From NCBI GenBank assembly GCA_046050965.1, contig JBJOPC010000025.1, forward strand, positions 1 through 35,889: a stretch of 35,889 nt of DNA, in the 5' to 3' direction. The stretch is from Verrucomicrobiota bacterium (GTDB lineage: Bacteria; Verrucomicrobiota; Verrucomicrobiia; Limisphaerales; JAFMIX01). The position numbers and the translations under genes are program-made. The notes below the pieces were generated by a model. It did no database searches, was not told the DNA's origin, and saw only the letters and a list, made by a program, of their open reading frames with translations. Positions 1 to 8,228 of this stretch are shown piece after piece; position 1 is the stretch's first letter, and every line of letters begins with the position of its first letter.

Positions 1-75
1 AGCCTGTTTGGCGAGCTTGCCGGATTCGATGGTGATTTGTTTGTCGCCGATGGCGGCGGAGATTTTAGCTGACAT
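1..75 (-). CDS. pnp: polynucleotide phosphorylase, N-terminal fragment (runs off window)
   Basis: The reverse complement of 1..75 reads MSAKISAAIGDKQITIESGKLAKQA. The ATG is at 73..75 and GKLAKQA is the typical PNPase N-terminus. It lies directly downstream of rpsO, the classical rpsO-pnp arrangement. Confidence 0.6.
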   Translation of the reverse strand, partial: MSAKISAAIGDKQITIESGKLAKQA

Positions 76-194
76 AATTTCTTTCTTGGCCTCCGTTGCC
101 ATGAGGAACTTCAGTGAACCCCGAAAAGTTTTCGGAGCTGAATGAAACTACTCGACGGCAACGGAGATTTTTCAATGCGCTGGTTTTAGTTGAA

Positions 195-227
195 GGCCAG
201 AGCCTGCCGCGCGAGCAAACTCTGGCC
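195..227 (-). promoter_or_regulatory. stem-loop in the rpsO-pnp intergenic region (possible attenuator or processing hairpin)
   Basis: GGCCAGAG (195-202) pairs with CTCTGGCC (220-227), giving an 8-bp stem and a 17-nt GC-rich loop. It starts 27 nt after the rpsO stop. No clear U-tract follows, so it is not called a terminator. Confidence 0.3.
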
Positions 228-253
228 GAAATTGGGGACAGAAAAGGCCGCGC

Positions 254-511
254 TTACTTGCGCAGCTTGAGCTTCTTGGTCACGGTCTGGTAACGCGTGG
301 TGTCCGTGCTGTGCAAATAGTCAAGCAACTTGCGGCGTTGGCTGACCATAATTAAAAGGCCACGGCGCGAGCTGTGGTCTTTCTTATTGGTCTGCAAATG
401 GCCGGTGAGATGGTTGATGCGTTCCGTGAGGAGCGCGATTTGCACATCGGCGGAGCCGGTGTCTTTGGCGTGAAGTTTGAAACCTTCGATCGTTTTCGCT
501 GTATCTGACAT
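254..511 (-). CDS. rpsO: 30S ribosomal protein S15
   Basis: An internal ATG at 509..511 of ORF 254..625 gives 85 aa: [66 protein letters not shown]. This looks like full-length S15. Confidence 0.95.
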   Translation of the reverse strand: MSDTAKTIEGFKLHAKDTGSADVQIALLTERINHLTGHLQTNKKDHSSRRGLLIMVSQRRKLLDYLHSTDTTRYQTVTKKLKLRK

Positions 512-672
512 ATATCTGATTCTTTGTGTTAAAAAATGACGCGACAAGCTAGATACCGACACGCCGGGTGTAAAGTTCAAATTCCCGGTTTCTGGGTTGT
601 GTCGCTGATTTTGTGGAATTTCCACGGGGATTTCATCGCGTCTTTTGCGTTCTTCGCGTGCGGCAAGTCGTC

Positions 673-1113
673 TTAACCCCGCTTCCGCACCAATAATATA
701 TGCTCACACGCCAGCACCACTTCGCCACGCTGGTTCGTCACCTCCAGAATTTCCGGCACGATGCCCATGCCCGGCTTCTTGTGCTCACGTTTTTCGCCAA
801 TCGTCACCTTCACGCGAATCGTGTCGCCGATGAACACCGGTTTGATGAACCGCAACCGATCATAGCCATACGAAAACGCCACTGGGTTTATTTCATTCGC
901 CGTCATGCCCACCGCCACGCTGAAAATCAAAGTGCCGTGCGCAATGCGTTGCTTGAACTCCTGTGTCTGGCACCACTCCGCGTCCATGTGGTGCGGGAAA
1001 AAATCCCCCGTCTGCCCCGCGTGGATGACGATGTCCGTCTCCGTGATGGTGCGACCGAGCGTTGCGCGCACTGCGCCGACCGTGTAGTCCTCGAAAAAAG
1101 TTTCTTTGATCAT
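673..1113 (-). CDS. MaoC-like (R)-specific enoyl-CoA hydratase / hot-dog fold dehydratase
   Basis: The 146-aa ORF has a typical MaoC dehydratase layout ([11 protein letters not shown]..., [19 protein letters not shown]). Confidence 0.8.
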   Translation of the reverse strand: MIKETFFEDYTVGAVRATLGRTITETDIVIHAGQTGDFFPHHMDAEWCQTQEFKQRIAHGTLIFSVAVGMTANEINPVAFSYGYDRLRFIKPVFIGDTIRVKVTIGEKREHKKPGMGIVPEILEVTNQRGEVVLACEHILLVRKRG

Positions 1114-1293
1114 GGTGGGATAAGTTGCGTGCAGCGTTGGACGGCGATGGTGATTGAGCGACAGAATGGTCGTTAATCAAGTTTATGGCTGCGGACGGTA
1201 GAGATTGGTTTGAGCCTTGTCTAGCAGGGATTATCTGAAGGCTGGCAGTTCATGGTTGAAATGCGAATTACGACCTTTGCTGGCTCCGTTTAG

Positions 1294-2208
1294 CTACGGC
1301 CAGTGGACGCGGTAGAAGCGGGTATTGTTCGTGGCGGGCGTGGTGAAACGATACGAGACGCCCGGCGTGTTGGTGGTGAGCGTGGCGGCGGTTTGGTTTG
1401 TCCACGGCCCGCCGGGCAGCGCGGCTTCTTGCAGCGTGAAGCCAAGTGGCAAACCTGACGTGAGCGCAAAGTCGGCGACGCTGGTTTGATTCGTGACGGC
1501 GAAGGTGTCCACGCGGGTGCGCGGGACGCAGAGAAATTCATTCGTTGCGAGCACGCGCGGCGTGAAACGCAACGCTAGCACTGCGCCTTGGAAAAAATTA
1601 TTCGTGTTCGCTCGCATGCCGATGGACGCGACGCCGTTGGTCAAGCCGCCGGAAGCAATGTTGGTGGACAGTTCAAACGTGGTGTTGACGTATTGCTTGA
1701 AGAACGTGCCGTCGTAAGTCACGGCGAGTTGTTGCCAGTCGCCAAGCGGATGGGTTTTAGAGGTGTCAATGAGCGTATTGTTGCTCGCTTGTGCGGAGGC
1801 GTAGCGGAGGAAGGTGTCGGCATACCAGACGGTGTTCGAGATGCGGCCTTCGAGGGTGAGGCGGTGGTCGGGGGCGACTTGGTTGGCGTTGGGCGCGGCG
1901 ATGTGAAAGATGCGCGGCGCGCCTGCCGTGGCGACGTTTGTGAGGTCGGGGCGGAAAATCATTTCCACGGTGAAGTTGGTCCAGCCAGCGATGGGATTGT
2001 TGGAGACGGTGAGGCCTTGGTTGACGCCATTGAAGAGGACGGCGTTGCCGTAAGGCGTGGCGATGACGGTGGGGCTACCGTATTTCAACACGCCGTAGCC
2101 GCCGATGTTCGTGGTGTTGTTGACGAGCCAAGTAGTCTGCGCGCGGGCGGAGCAGGGCAGGACGAGAGCGGCGCAAATCAAAATGACACGAACGGAGCAG
2201 GGAAACAT
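1294..2208 (-). CDS. secreted LamG/concanavalin-like domain protein
   Basis: An internal ATG at 2206..2208 gives the signal peptide MFPCSVRVILICAALVLPCSARAQ. The body is beta-rich and resembles a LamG/laminin-G lectin fold. The C-terminus ends ...NNTRFYRVHWP. The upstream part of ORF 1294..2415 has no signal-peptide logic. Confidence 0.55.
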   Translation of the reverse strand: MFPCSVRVILICAALVLPCSARAQTTWLVNNTTNIGGYGVLKYGSPTVIATPYGNAVLFNGVNQGLTVSNNPIAGWTNFTVEMIFRPDLTNVATAGAPRIFHIAAPNANQVAPDHRLTLEGRISNTVWYADTFLRYASAQASNNTLIDTSKTHPLGDWQQLAVTYDGTFFKQYVNTTFELSTNIASGGLTNGVASIGMRANTNNFFQGAVLALRFTPRVLATNEFLCVPRTRVDTFAVTNQTSVADFALTSGLPLGFTLQEAALPGGPWTNQTAATLTTNTPGVSYRFTTPATNNTRFYRVHWP

Positions 2209-2311
2209 CGGTGGGACAATACTTTTAACGCGCGGGAATTCCAGTGCGAAGTCATGAGGCGTGGAATTTTGTTCGAGCCATGTGGGAAATTGAATTGCCC
2301 GAAGGAGTTTT

Positions 2312-4888
2312 ATGAATACCGTTGCCGTCCGATATTTTGCAATGACCACCACCGAAATTCCCTCCCTCCCGCCCGGCGTCAAGCTGACGCGGCTGACCAA
2401 CGGCCTCACCATCATCGTGCGCGAAGATCACAGCGCGCCCGTCGTCAGCGCGCAGGCGTGGTGCGCCACGGGCAGCATTGACGAAGGTAAGTGGCTCGGC
2501 GCAGGTTTGTCGCATGTCTTGGAGCACATGTTGTTCAAAGGCACGAAGACGCGCGGCTCCGGGCGCATTGATCAGGAAGTGCAGGAAGCCGGCGGCTACA
2601 TGAACGCCTACACTTCATTCGACCGCACCGTTTATTACATCAACGTCCCGAACACCGGCGCGCGGGTGGCGATTGATATTCTCGCGGACATCATGCAACA
2701 CGCCGCGCTCCCGCCGGACGAACTCGCCAAGGAACTCGACGTCATCCGCCGCGAGATGGACATGGGGCAGGACGACCCCGGTTCGCGCGCGAGCCGCCGC
2801 CTGTTTGAAGTCGCCTACACGAAAAGTCCGTATCGCTGCACCATCATCGGCTACCTCGACATTTTTAATCAGCTCAAGCCCGCAGACATCCGCGAGTATT
2901 ACGAAGCGCGTTACGCGCCGAACAATATTTTCTTCGTCGTCACCGGCGACGTGAAGGAGGCCGACGTTATCGCGCAGTTGAAAACTGCGTTTGCCGACGC
3001 CAAGGAAAAACCGTTGCCACCCGTCGTGCTGCCGGAAGAACCCAAGCAAGTCGCGCCGCGTGCGGTCATCGAGGAAGCGGCGATTGAACTGGGACATATG
3101 CATTTCAGTTGGCACATCCCCGACGTGCGCCACGCCGACGTGCCGTTGCTCGACGTGCTAGCGGTGTTGCTCGGTAGCGGACGCAGCTCGCGCTTGTTCC
3201 GCGAGGTGCGCGAGAAGCAAGGCGTCGTGCATCATGTGGATGCGTGGACTTACAACCCCGGTCGCCCCGGCGTGTTCGGCATGAGCGCGGTAGTGGACGG
3301 CGAACAATTCTCCGCCGCCCGCGACGCCATGCTCGCGGAAATCGAGCGCATGAAAACCACGTTGGTTTCCGCCGACGAACTCACCAAGGCGATGAAGCAA
3401 TTCATCTCCGGCACGCTTGCGTCGCGCAAGACGATGCAGGGGCAAGCGCAAGACCTCGGCGGCAATTGGCTCGCCGCGAATGACCTCAACTTTTCTGCGC
3501 GCTACCTCGCCGCTGTGCAACGCATCACGTCTGCCGATTTGCAACGCGTCGCTCGCCATTATCTCACGCCGGAAAACCGCACGCTTTACGCGCTCTTGCC
3601 CGAAGGCACGGCGCCCAAGGAAACCACGCACGTCGAAAGCTCTACGGACAACGCCGTGCAGAAATTTACTTTGCCCAACGGTCTGCGTCTGCTCGTGAAG
3701 GAAGACCATCGCCTGCCGTTCGTGGAATTTCGCGCGGTGTTGCGCGGCGGCTTGCTCGCGGAAACAGCGGTGGATAACGGCGTCACCCAACTCATGTCCA
3801 AGATGCTGCTGCAAGGCACGACCACGCGCAGCGCGGAGCAGATTGCCGAAGAGAGCGAGAGCGTGGGCGGCCACCTTGATTCGTTCGGCGGCAACAACAG
3901 CTTTGGCTTGAACGCCGAAGTGATGCGCGAAGATTTTGCGCTCGGCTTGAATCTCGTCGCGGATGTTTTGCTCAACCCAACTTTCCCCGCCGACGCGCTT
4001 GAGCGCGAGCGCGAGATTCAACTTGCCGCCATCAAAGGACGCCGCGACGAATTGTTGCGCCTGTGCGGTCAACTCATGCGTCGCACGTTGTTCGGCGAGC
4101 AAGGTTACGGCCTCGACTCGCTCGGCTCCGAAGCGAGCGTCGACAAACTCTCGACGAGCGACCTAAAAAACTTTCACGCGAAGCTCACCGTGCCGAGCAA
4201 CTGTGTGCTCGCCATCTACGGCGACGTGAAAGCGAGCGAAGTCAAAGCGGCGGTGGAACGCGCGTTTGGGAGATGGGAGATGGGAGATGGGAGATGGTCT
4301 TCCCCCAACTTCCAACTTCCAACTTCCAACTCCCATCTCCCAGCCCGCGTGAGCGAAGTTTGCGACAAGAAACAAGCCGTGCTCGTCGTCGGCTTCACAG
4401 GCACGACCATGTTTGCCGAAGATCGTTACGCGCTGGAGTTGTTGCAGGAAGCGTGCAGTGATTTAGGTTCGCGATTGTTTCTCCGCATCCGCGAGAAACT
4501 CGGCCTCGCCTACTACGTCGGCGCGCAGCAGATGCCCGGCGTGGTTCCCGGCTACTTCGCGTTCTACGCCGGGACGGAGCCGGAGAAAGCGCAACTCGTC
4601 GAAGACGAAATGCTGTCCGAAGCGCGCCAACTCTGCGACGACGGGTTGAGCGACGAAGAATTGAAACGCGCCAAAGCTAAAATCATCGGTCAGAAAAAAA
4701 TTGCGCGCCAAGAACTCGGCGGTCTCGCCATGGCCACCGCGCTCGACGAGCTTTACGGCCTTGGTTATCAACACGCCGCGACCGACGACGCCAAATACGA
4801 AGCCGTCACGCGCGAGCAAGTCCGTGCCGCCGCGCAAAAATACCTGCGCCCCGAAGCCGCCGTCATCGCGTGGGTGCGCCCGACGTGA
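2312..4888 (+). CDS. two-module M16 (pitrilysin/insulinase) family zinc peptidase
   Basis: 858 aa with the HxxEH zinc motif (GLSHVLEHMLFKGT) in the first module and a second, inactive-type M16 module. AAGGAG lies 4 nt upstream of the ATG at 2312; 2342 is an alternative start. Confidence 0.9.
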   Translation: MNTVAVRYFAMTTTEIPSLPPGVKLTRLTNGLTIIVREDHSAPVVSAQAWCATGSIDEGKWLGAGLSHVLEHMLFKGTKTRGSGRIDQEVQEAGGYMNAYTSFDRTVYYINVPNTGARVAIDILADIMQHAALPPDELAKELDVIRREMDMGQDDPGSRASRRLFEVAYTKSPYRCTIIGYLDIFNQLKPADIREYYEARYAPNNIFFVVTGDVKEADVIAQLKTAFADAKEKPLPPVVLPEEPKQVAPRAVIEEAAIELGHMHFSWHIPDVRHADVPLLDVLAVLLGSGRSSRLFREVREKQGVVHHVDAWTYNPGRPGVFGMSAVVDGEQFSAARDAMLAEIERMKTTLVSADELTKAMKQFISGTLASRKTMQGQAQDLGGNWLAANDLNFSARYLAAVQRITSADLQRVARHYLTPENRTLYALLPEGTAPKETTHVESSTDNAVQKFTLPNGLRLLVKEDHRLPFVEFRAVLRGGLLAETAVDNGVTQLMSKMLLQGTTTRSAEQIAEESESVGGHLDSFGGNNSFGLNAEVMREDFALGLNLVADVLLNPTFPADALEREREIQLAAIKGRRDELLRLCGQLMRRTLFGEQGYGLDSLGSEASVDKLSTSDLKNFHAKLTVPSNCVLAIYGDVKASEVKAAVERAFGRWEMGDGRWSSPNFQLPTSNSHLPARVSEVCDKKQAVLVVGFTGTTMFAEDRYALELLQEACSDLGSRLFLRIREKLGLAYYVGAQQMPGVVPGYFAFYAGTEPEKAQLVEDEMLSEARQLCDDGLSDEELKRAKAKIIGQKKIARQELGGLAMATALDELYGLGYQHAATDDAKYEAVTREQVRAAAQKYLRPEAAVIAWVRPT
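4267..4342. repeat. heptamer-built imperfect palindrome inside the M16 peptidase CDS
   Basis: The left arm is (TGGGAGA)x4+TGG at 4267-4297. The loop is TCTTC. The right arm is CCCC(AACTTCC)x3 AACTCCCATCTCCCA at 4303-4342. The outer 12 bp (GGGAGATGGGAG / CTCCCATCTCCC) pair perfectly. It is translated in frame as WEMGDGRWSSPNFQLPTSNSHLP. Confidence 0.85.
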
Positions 4889-4944
4889 AGTAAATTCAAG
4901 ATTGGAAAACGTCCGTTTAAATTTACCCTCTGCCGCGATTCGAC

Positions 4945-6366
4945 ATGGCTGTAAAATTCTTCAACTCACTTTCGCGCTCCGTGCAGGAGTTTGCGCCCAT
5001 CCACGGCAACAAGGTCGGAATGTATTGCTGCGGGCCGACGGTCTATGACTTTGCGCACATCGGCAATTGGCGCACGTTTGTCTTCGGCGATCTCGTGCGG
5101 CGTTACTTGGAGTTTCGCGGCTACGCGGTGCAGCACGTCATGAACATCACCGACGTGGAGGACAAAATCATCCGCCGCGTCCGTGAAAATAAAACCACGC
5201 TGCGCGAATTCACCGGCCAATACACCGCCGCGTTCCTCGCCGATCTGCAAGCGCTCGGCTGCCATTTGCCGCACCAGCAACCGCTCGCCACCGATTACAT
5301 CGCCGCGATGATTGAGCTGATCGAGAAACTCATCGCTCGCGGCGTGGCGTATCGTGCGGGCGACGGTTCGGTTTATTTTTCCATCGAGAAATATCGCGGC
5401 TGCGGCTGCCACTACGGCCAGCTCGTGAAACTCAATTTTGAAGAGATGCGCGTGGGCGAACGCGTGAGCAGCGACGAATATGCCAAAGAATCCGTCGCGG
5501 ATTTCGCGCTCTGGAAAGCACGCGTGCTGGACGACGGTGACGTGTTCTGGCCGAGTCCGTGGGGCGAAGGTCGTCCCGGCTGGCACATCGAGTGTTCGGC
5601 GATGAGTTGGAAAATTCTCGGCGGCAGTTTTGATTTGCACCTCGGCGGCGAGGACTTGGCGTTCCCGCATCACGAAGACGAAATCGCGCAGAGCGAAGGC
5701 GCGGGCGTGAACGCGCCCGGCCAGCCGTTCGTGAAATACTGGCTGCACGGCGCGCACTTGCTGGTTGAGGGCAAGAAGATGAGCAAGTCGCTGGGGAATT
5801 ATTTCACGCTGCGTGATTTGGTGGCGAAGGGTTTCACGGGACGCGAGGTGCGGTTTCTTCTGTTGAGCGCGCACTACCGCGAGACGTTTAATTTCACGAT
5901 GGACGGACTTGCGGGCGCGCGCACGGCGTTGGGGCGCATTGACGAATGCGTGGCGAAGTTGCGGGCGTCGGCGAGTCCAAAGTCCGATGTCCAAAGTCCA
6001 AAGTCGGACGACGCGCTCGTCGCGAACATCACTGCCGCGCTCGATGATGATCTGAATATTTCCGGCGCGTGGGCGGTGGTGTTTGACTGGGTGCGCGACA
6101 CGAACAAGCGGCTCGCGGATAATTCCCTCACGCCCACACAAGCGGCAGAAGCACTCTTGGCTTGGGAGCAGGTGAACCTGATTTTCGCTGTCGGAGCCGC
6201 TGCTGCCGCTGAAGCTCCGGCAGAAATCGTGGCGCTCGCCGAAGCGCGCGTGGCCGCCAAGAAAGCCAAGGACTTCAAGCAGGCCGACGCGCTGCGTGAC
6301 GAACTCAAAGCCAAAGGCTGGCTGGTCGAAGACACCGCCAAAGGCCCGAAGCTCAAACGTCTGTAG
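4945..6366 (+). CDS. cysS: cysteine--tRNA ligase
   Basis: 473 aa with CGPTVYDFAHIGN (HIGH-type motif), KMSKS, and the C..C / WHIEC zinc-site context typical of CysRS. Confidence 0.95.
   Translation: MAVKFFNSLSRSVQEFAPIHGNKVGMYCCGPTVYDFAHIGNWRTFVFGDLVRRYLEFRGYAVQHVMNITDVEDKIIRRVRENKTTLREFTGQYTAAFLADLQALGCHLPHQQPLATDYIAAMIELIEKLIARGVAYRAGDGSVYFSIEKYRGCGCHYGQLVKLNFEEMRVGERVSSDEYAKESVADFALWKARVLDDGDVFWPSPWGEGRPGWHIECSAMSWKILGGSFDLHLGGEDLAFPHHEDEIAQSEGAGVNAPGQPFVKYWLHGAHLLVEGKKMSKSLGNYFTLRDLVAKGFTGREVRFLLLSAHYRETFNFTMDGLAGARTALGRIDECVAKLRASASPKSDVQSPKSDDALVANITAALDDDLNISGAWAVVFDWVRDTNKRLADNSLTPTQAAEALLAWEQVNLIFAVGAAAAAEAPAEIVALAEARVAAKKAKDFKQADALRDELKAKGWLVEDTAKGPKLKRL
5975..6009. repeat. 5 x 7-nt tandem tract inside cysS
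   Basis: The tract is GTCCAAA GTCCGAT GTCCAAA GTCCAAA GTCGGAC, translated as SPKSDVQSPKSD. Confidence 0.8.
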
Positions 6367-6410
6367 GGTGTTTCTAAAAGGTCGGCGCGGCTTTTAACAT
6401 TTGAGCCATT

Positions 6411-6565
6411 CTCCCTCACCCCGGCCCTCTCCCGCTGGGAGAGGGAGAAACGTGCGCCGCGGCTTGGCAAAATGAGTGTGGTCAACGGCTCGGAAGATTT
6501 TCGCAGAACCGAACGAGAACCAAGGCGGTTCCCTCTCCCAGCGGGAGAGGGTTAGGGTGAGGGAG
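6411..6565. repeat. inverted pair of 35-nt REP-like units downstream of cysS
   Basis: Unit 1 (6411-6445) is CTCCCTCACCCCGGCCCTCTCCCGCTGGGAGAGGG. Unit 2 (6531-6565) is its reverse complement at 32/35 positions. Each unit holds its own 9-bp hairpin, CCCTCTCCC-NNN-GGGAGAGGG. The units are 85 nt apart. Confidence 0.85.
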
Positions 6566-6696
6566 GACGGGCTGTTATTTTCATCACGGTTATAATTTAA
6601 AAAACCACCCTCGCCAATTTTTTTACACACCGCGCACCATCCCGATTTTTGATTGCGACTTGAAACTTCCACCTCGTCTCTGGAAACTCCGCCCGC

Positions 6697-7494
6697 ATGA
6701 ACCGCATCGAAGCAAAATTTTCCGCGTTAAAATCCGCCGGGCAGAAGGCGTTTGTCGTCTACATCGGCGCGGGCGATCCGCATCTGGAAGCCACGCGGCA
6801 ACTCGCGCTGGAATTTTCTAAAATCGGCGTGGATGTGCTGGAACTCGGCGTGCCGTTCAGCGATCCACTCGCGGACGGCCTTGTGAACCAGCTCGCCGCG
6901 CAGCGCGGTCTCGAAGCGGGTGCGACGCCACCGAAAGTTTTGGCGACGGTGAAAGCTATCCGCCAGCACTCGCAAATTCCCATCGTGCTTTACGTTTATT
7001 TCAACCTCCTGCACAAGCGCGGCGTGAAAGAATTTATCGCGGACGCGGCGGCGGCGGGCGTGGATGGGCTGTTGGTTTTAGATTTGCCGCCGGAAGAATC
7101 GGAGCACTACGAGTCGCTCATGGCGGCGGCGGGCTTGTGCAATATTTACCTTATCGCACCCACGACCACGGAGGCGCGCATGGGCGTCATCGCACCGCGC
7201 GCACGCGGGTTCATCTACTACGTTTCGCGTGAGGGCGTGACGGGGATGCAATCCAAGATTTCCGACACCATCGCGGCGATGACGGCGAAAATCCGCGCGC
7301 ACACGCAGCTACCCATCGCAGTCGGCTTCGGCGTTTCCACGCCGGAACAAGCACGGACGGTCGCGAGCTTCGGCGACGGCGTGGTAGTGGGCAGTGCTAT
7401 CGTGAACCAGATTGCCGAACACGGGAAATCGCCGGAGCTAATCCCGCGCGTGACGGCGTTCGTGAAGTCGCTGGCGGATGCGGTGAAAAGTTGA
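6697..7494 (+). CDS. trpA: tryptophan synthase alpha chain
   Basis: 265 aa with LELGVPFSDPLADG and a C-terminal GVVVGSAIV motif, both characteristic of TrpA. No trpB is adjacent. Confidence 0.93.
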   Translation: MNRIEAKFSALKSAGQKAFVVYIGAGDPHLEATRQLALEFSKIGVDVLELGVPFSDPLADGLVNQLAAQRGLEAGATPPKVLATVKAIRQHSQIPIVLYVYFNLLHKRGVKEFIADAAAAGVDGLLVLDLPPEESEHYESLMAAAGLCNIYLIAPTTTEARMGVIAPRARGFIYYVSREGVTGMQSKISDTIAAMTAKIRAHTQLPIAVGFGVSTPEQARTVASFGDGVVVGSAIVNQIAEHGKSPELIPRVTAFVKSLADAVKS

Positions 7495-7527
7495 CTTCAA
7501 TCCAGGTCGAATCTAAACGGGAGCGAA

Positions 7528-8219
7528 TCAGCCAGCTTGTGAGAAGAGGAAGGATTGATCGTAAGAGTAGAATACAGACGTATGGCCATTGAAGGTAACG
7601 TAACCCGACCAGGGTGTTAAAAAGTTAAATTCAAAATTTCCAAAGTTTGAAATATAGCAGCGACCTGTGTTCAGTCCGGTGTTTCGGTAGGTGAAAGGGT
7701 TTTCTCCAACAAATGGAGACCAAGCTGTAGAATCCGAAAACGAAAAGGATAAACCTGTTTCAAAAATCAATACGTTTCTCCCCGATAAAAAATACGGCGC
7801 GTTTCCAAGCGGACGAAACAGAATTGTAGTCGTGTTAAGGTTTGAACCTTTTACGGTGAAGATGACGATACTGCCGAATACTCGACCAACAATGTTGCCG
7901 CTTGCTGCAACAGGAGTTCCGGGCGACAAAAGAAATTGCAGCGGATCATAAAAAAGCCCGAAAAGTTCCCCTGTGAGTCCGTGATAGTCCCTAAAAAATA
8001 GAGGAAGGTGTAGCTAGGAACTGCGCCGCGAATGAAAATGGTGCCGGATATAGCAGAGCCGTTCACATTCATTTCCAATTTTGTAAGCGGACTACCACTC
8101 ATTCCGAAACCATAAAACGAACCAGTGGTCGGAATATTATTGCCGGGGCTGGCTTTGACCGCCGAACTCGCAAAAAACAAAACAAGGAGAAGAATGATTG
8201 TTTGTCGGACTATTTTCAT
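7528..8219 (-). pseudogene. frameshifted (or mis-sequenced) secreted beta-rich protein in a low-GC patch
   Basis: ORF 7851..8219 carries the signal peptide MKIVRQTIILLLVLFFASSAVKA. ORF 7528..7929 continues in another frame, and both frames are open across 7851-8013. Adding one base in the A6/T6 run at 7950-7955 would join them (...GNFSGFF|YDPLQFLLSPGTP...) into a protein of about 229 aa. Local GC is ~35-45% against >60% in the flanks. Confidence 0.5.
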
Positions 8220-8228
8220 AAAAGCACT

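Noticed and set aside
3158-4102. Long antisense or alternate-frame ORFs throughout the window. Examples: 3158..4102(-), 4966..6141(-), 8202..8909(+), 12188..13051(-), 17846..18781(+), 18961..19902(+), 28208..29062(+), 33755..34651(+).
   Set aside because: They overlap confidently recognised genes on the other strand or frame. They are Arg/Ala/Gly/His-rich with no recognisable motifs. This is the usual stop-codon-poor shadow of high-GC coding DNA.
4267-4342. The possibility that the short tandem or palindromic repeats are CRISPR arrays.
   Set aside because: The units are 6-10 nt and directly abutting, with no 25-40 nt unique spacers. No cas genes are present, and most tracts lie inside ORFs.
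6394-6672. A 92-aa ORF in the cysS-trpA gap (…PLPAGEGRGEGEWLKC).
   Set aside because: It is simply the translation of the inverted REP-like units. There is no start context or coding signal outside the repeats.
7528-8219. The low-GC patches (7.5-8.2 kb and 14.6-15.0 kb) as insertion sequences or prophage remnants.
   Set aside because: No transposase, integrase, terminal inverted repeats or tRNA attachment site is visible. They are reported only as compositional anomalies or a cassette.
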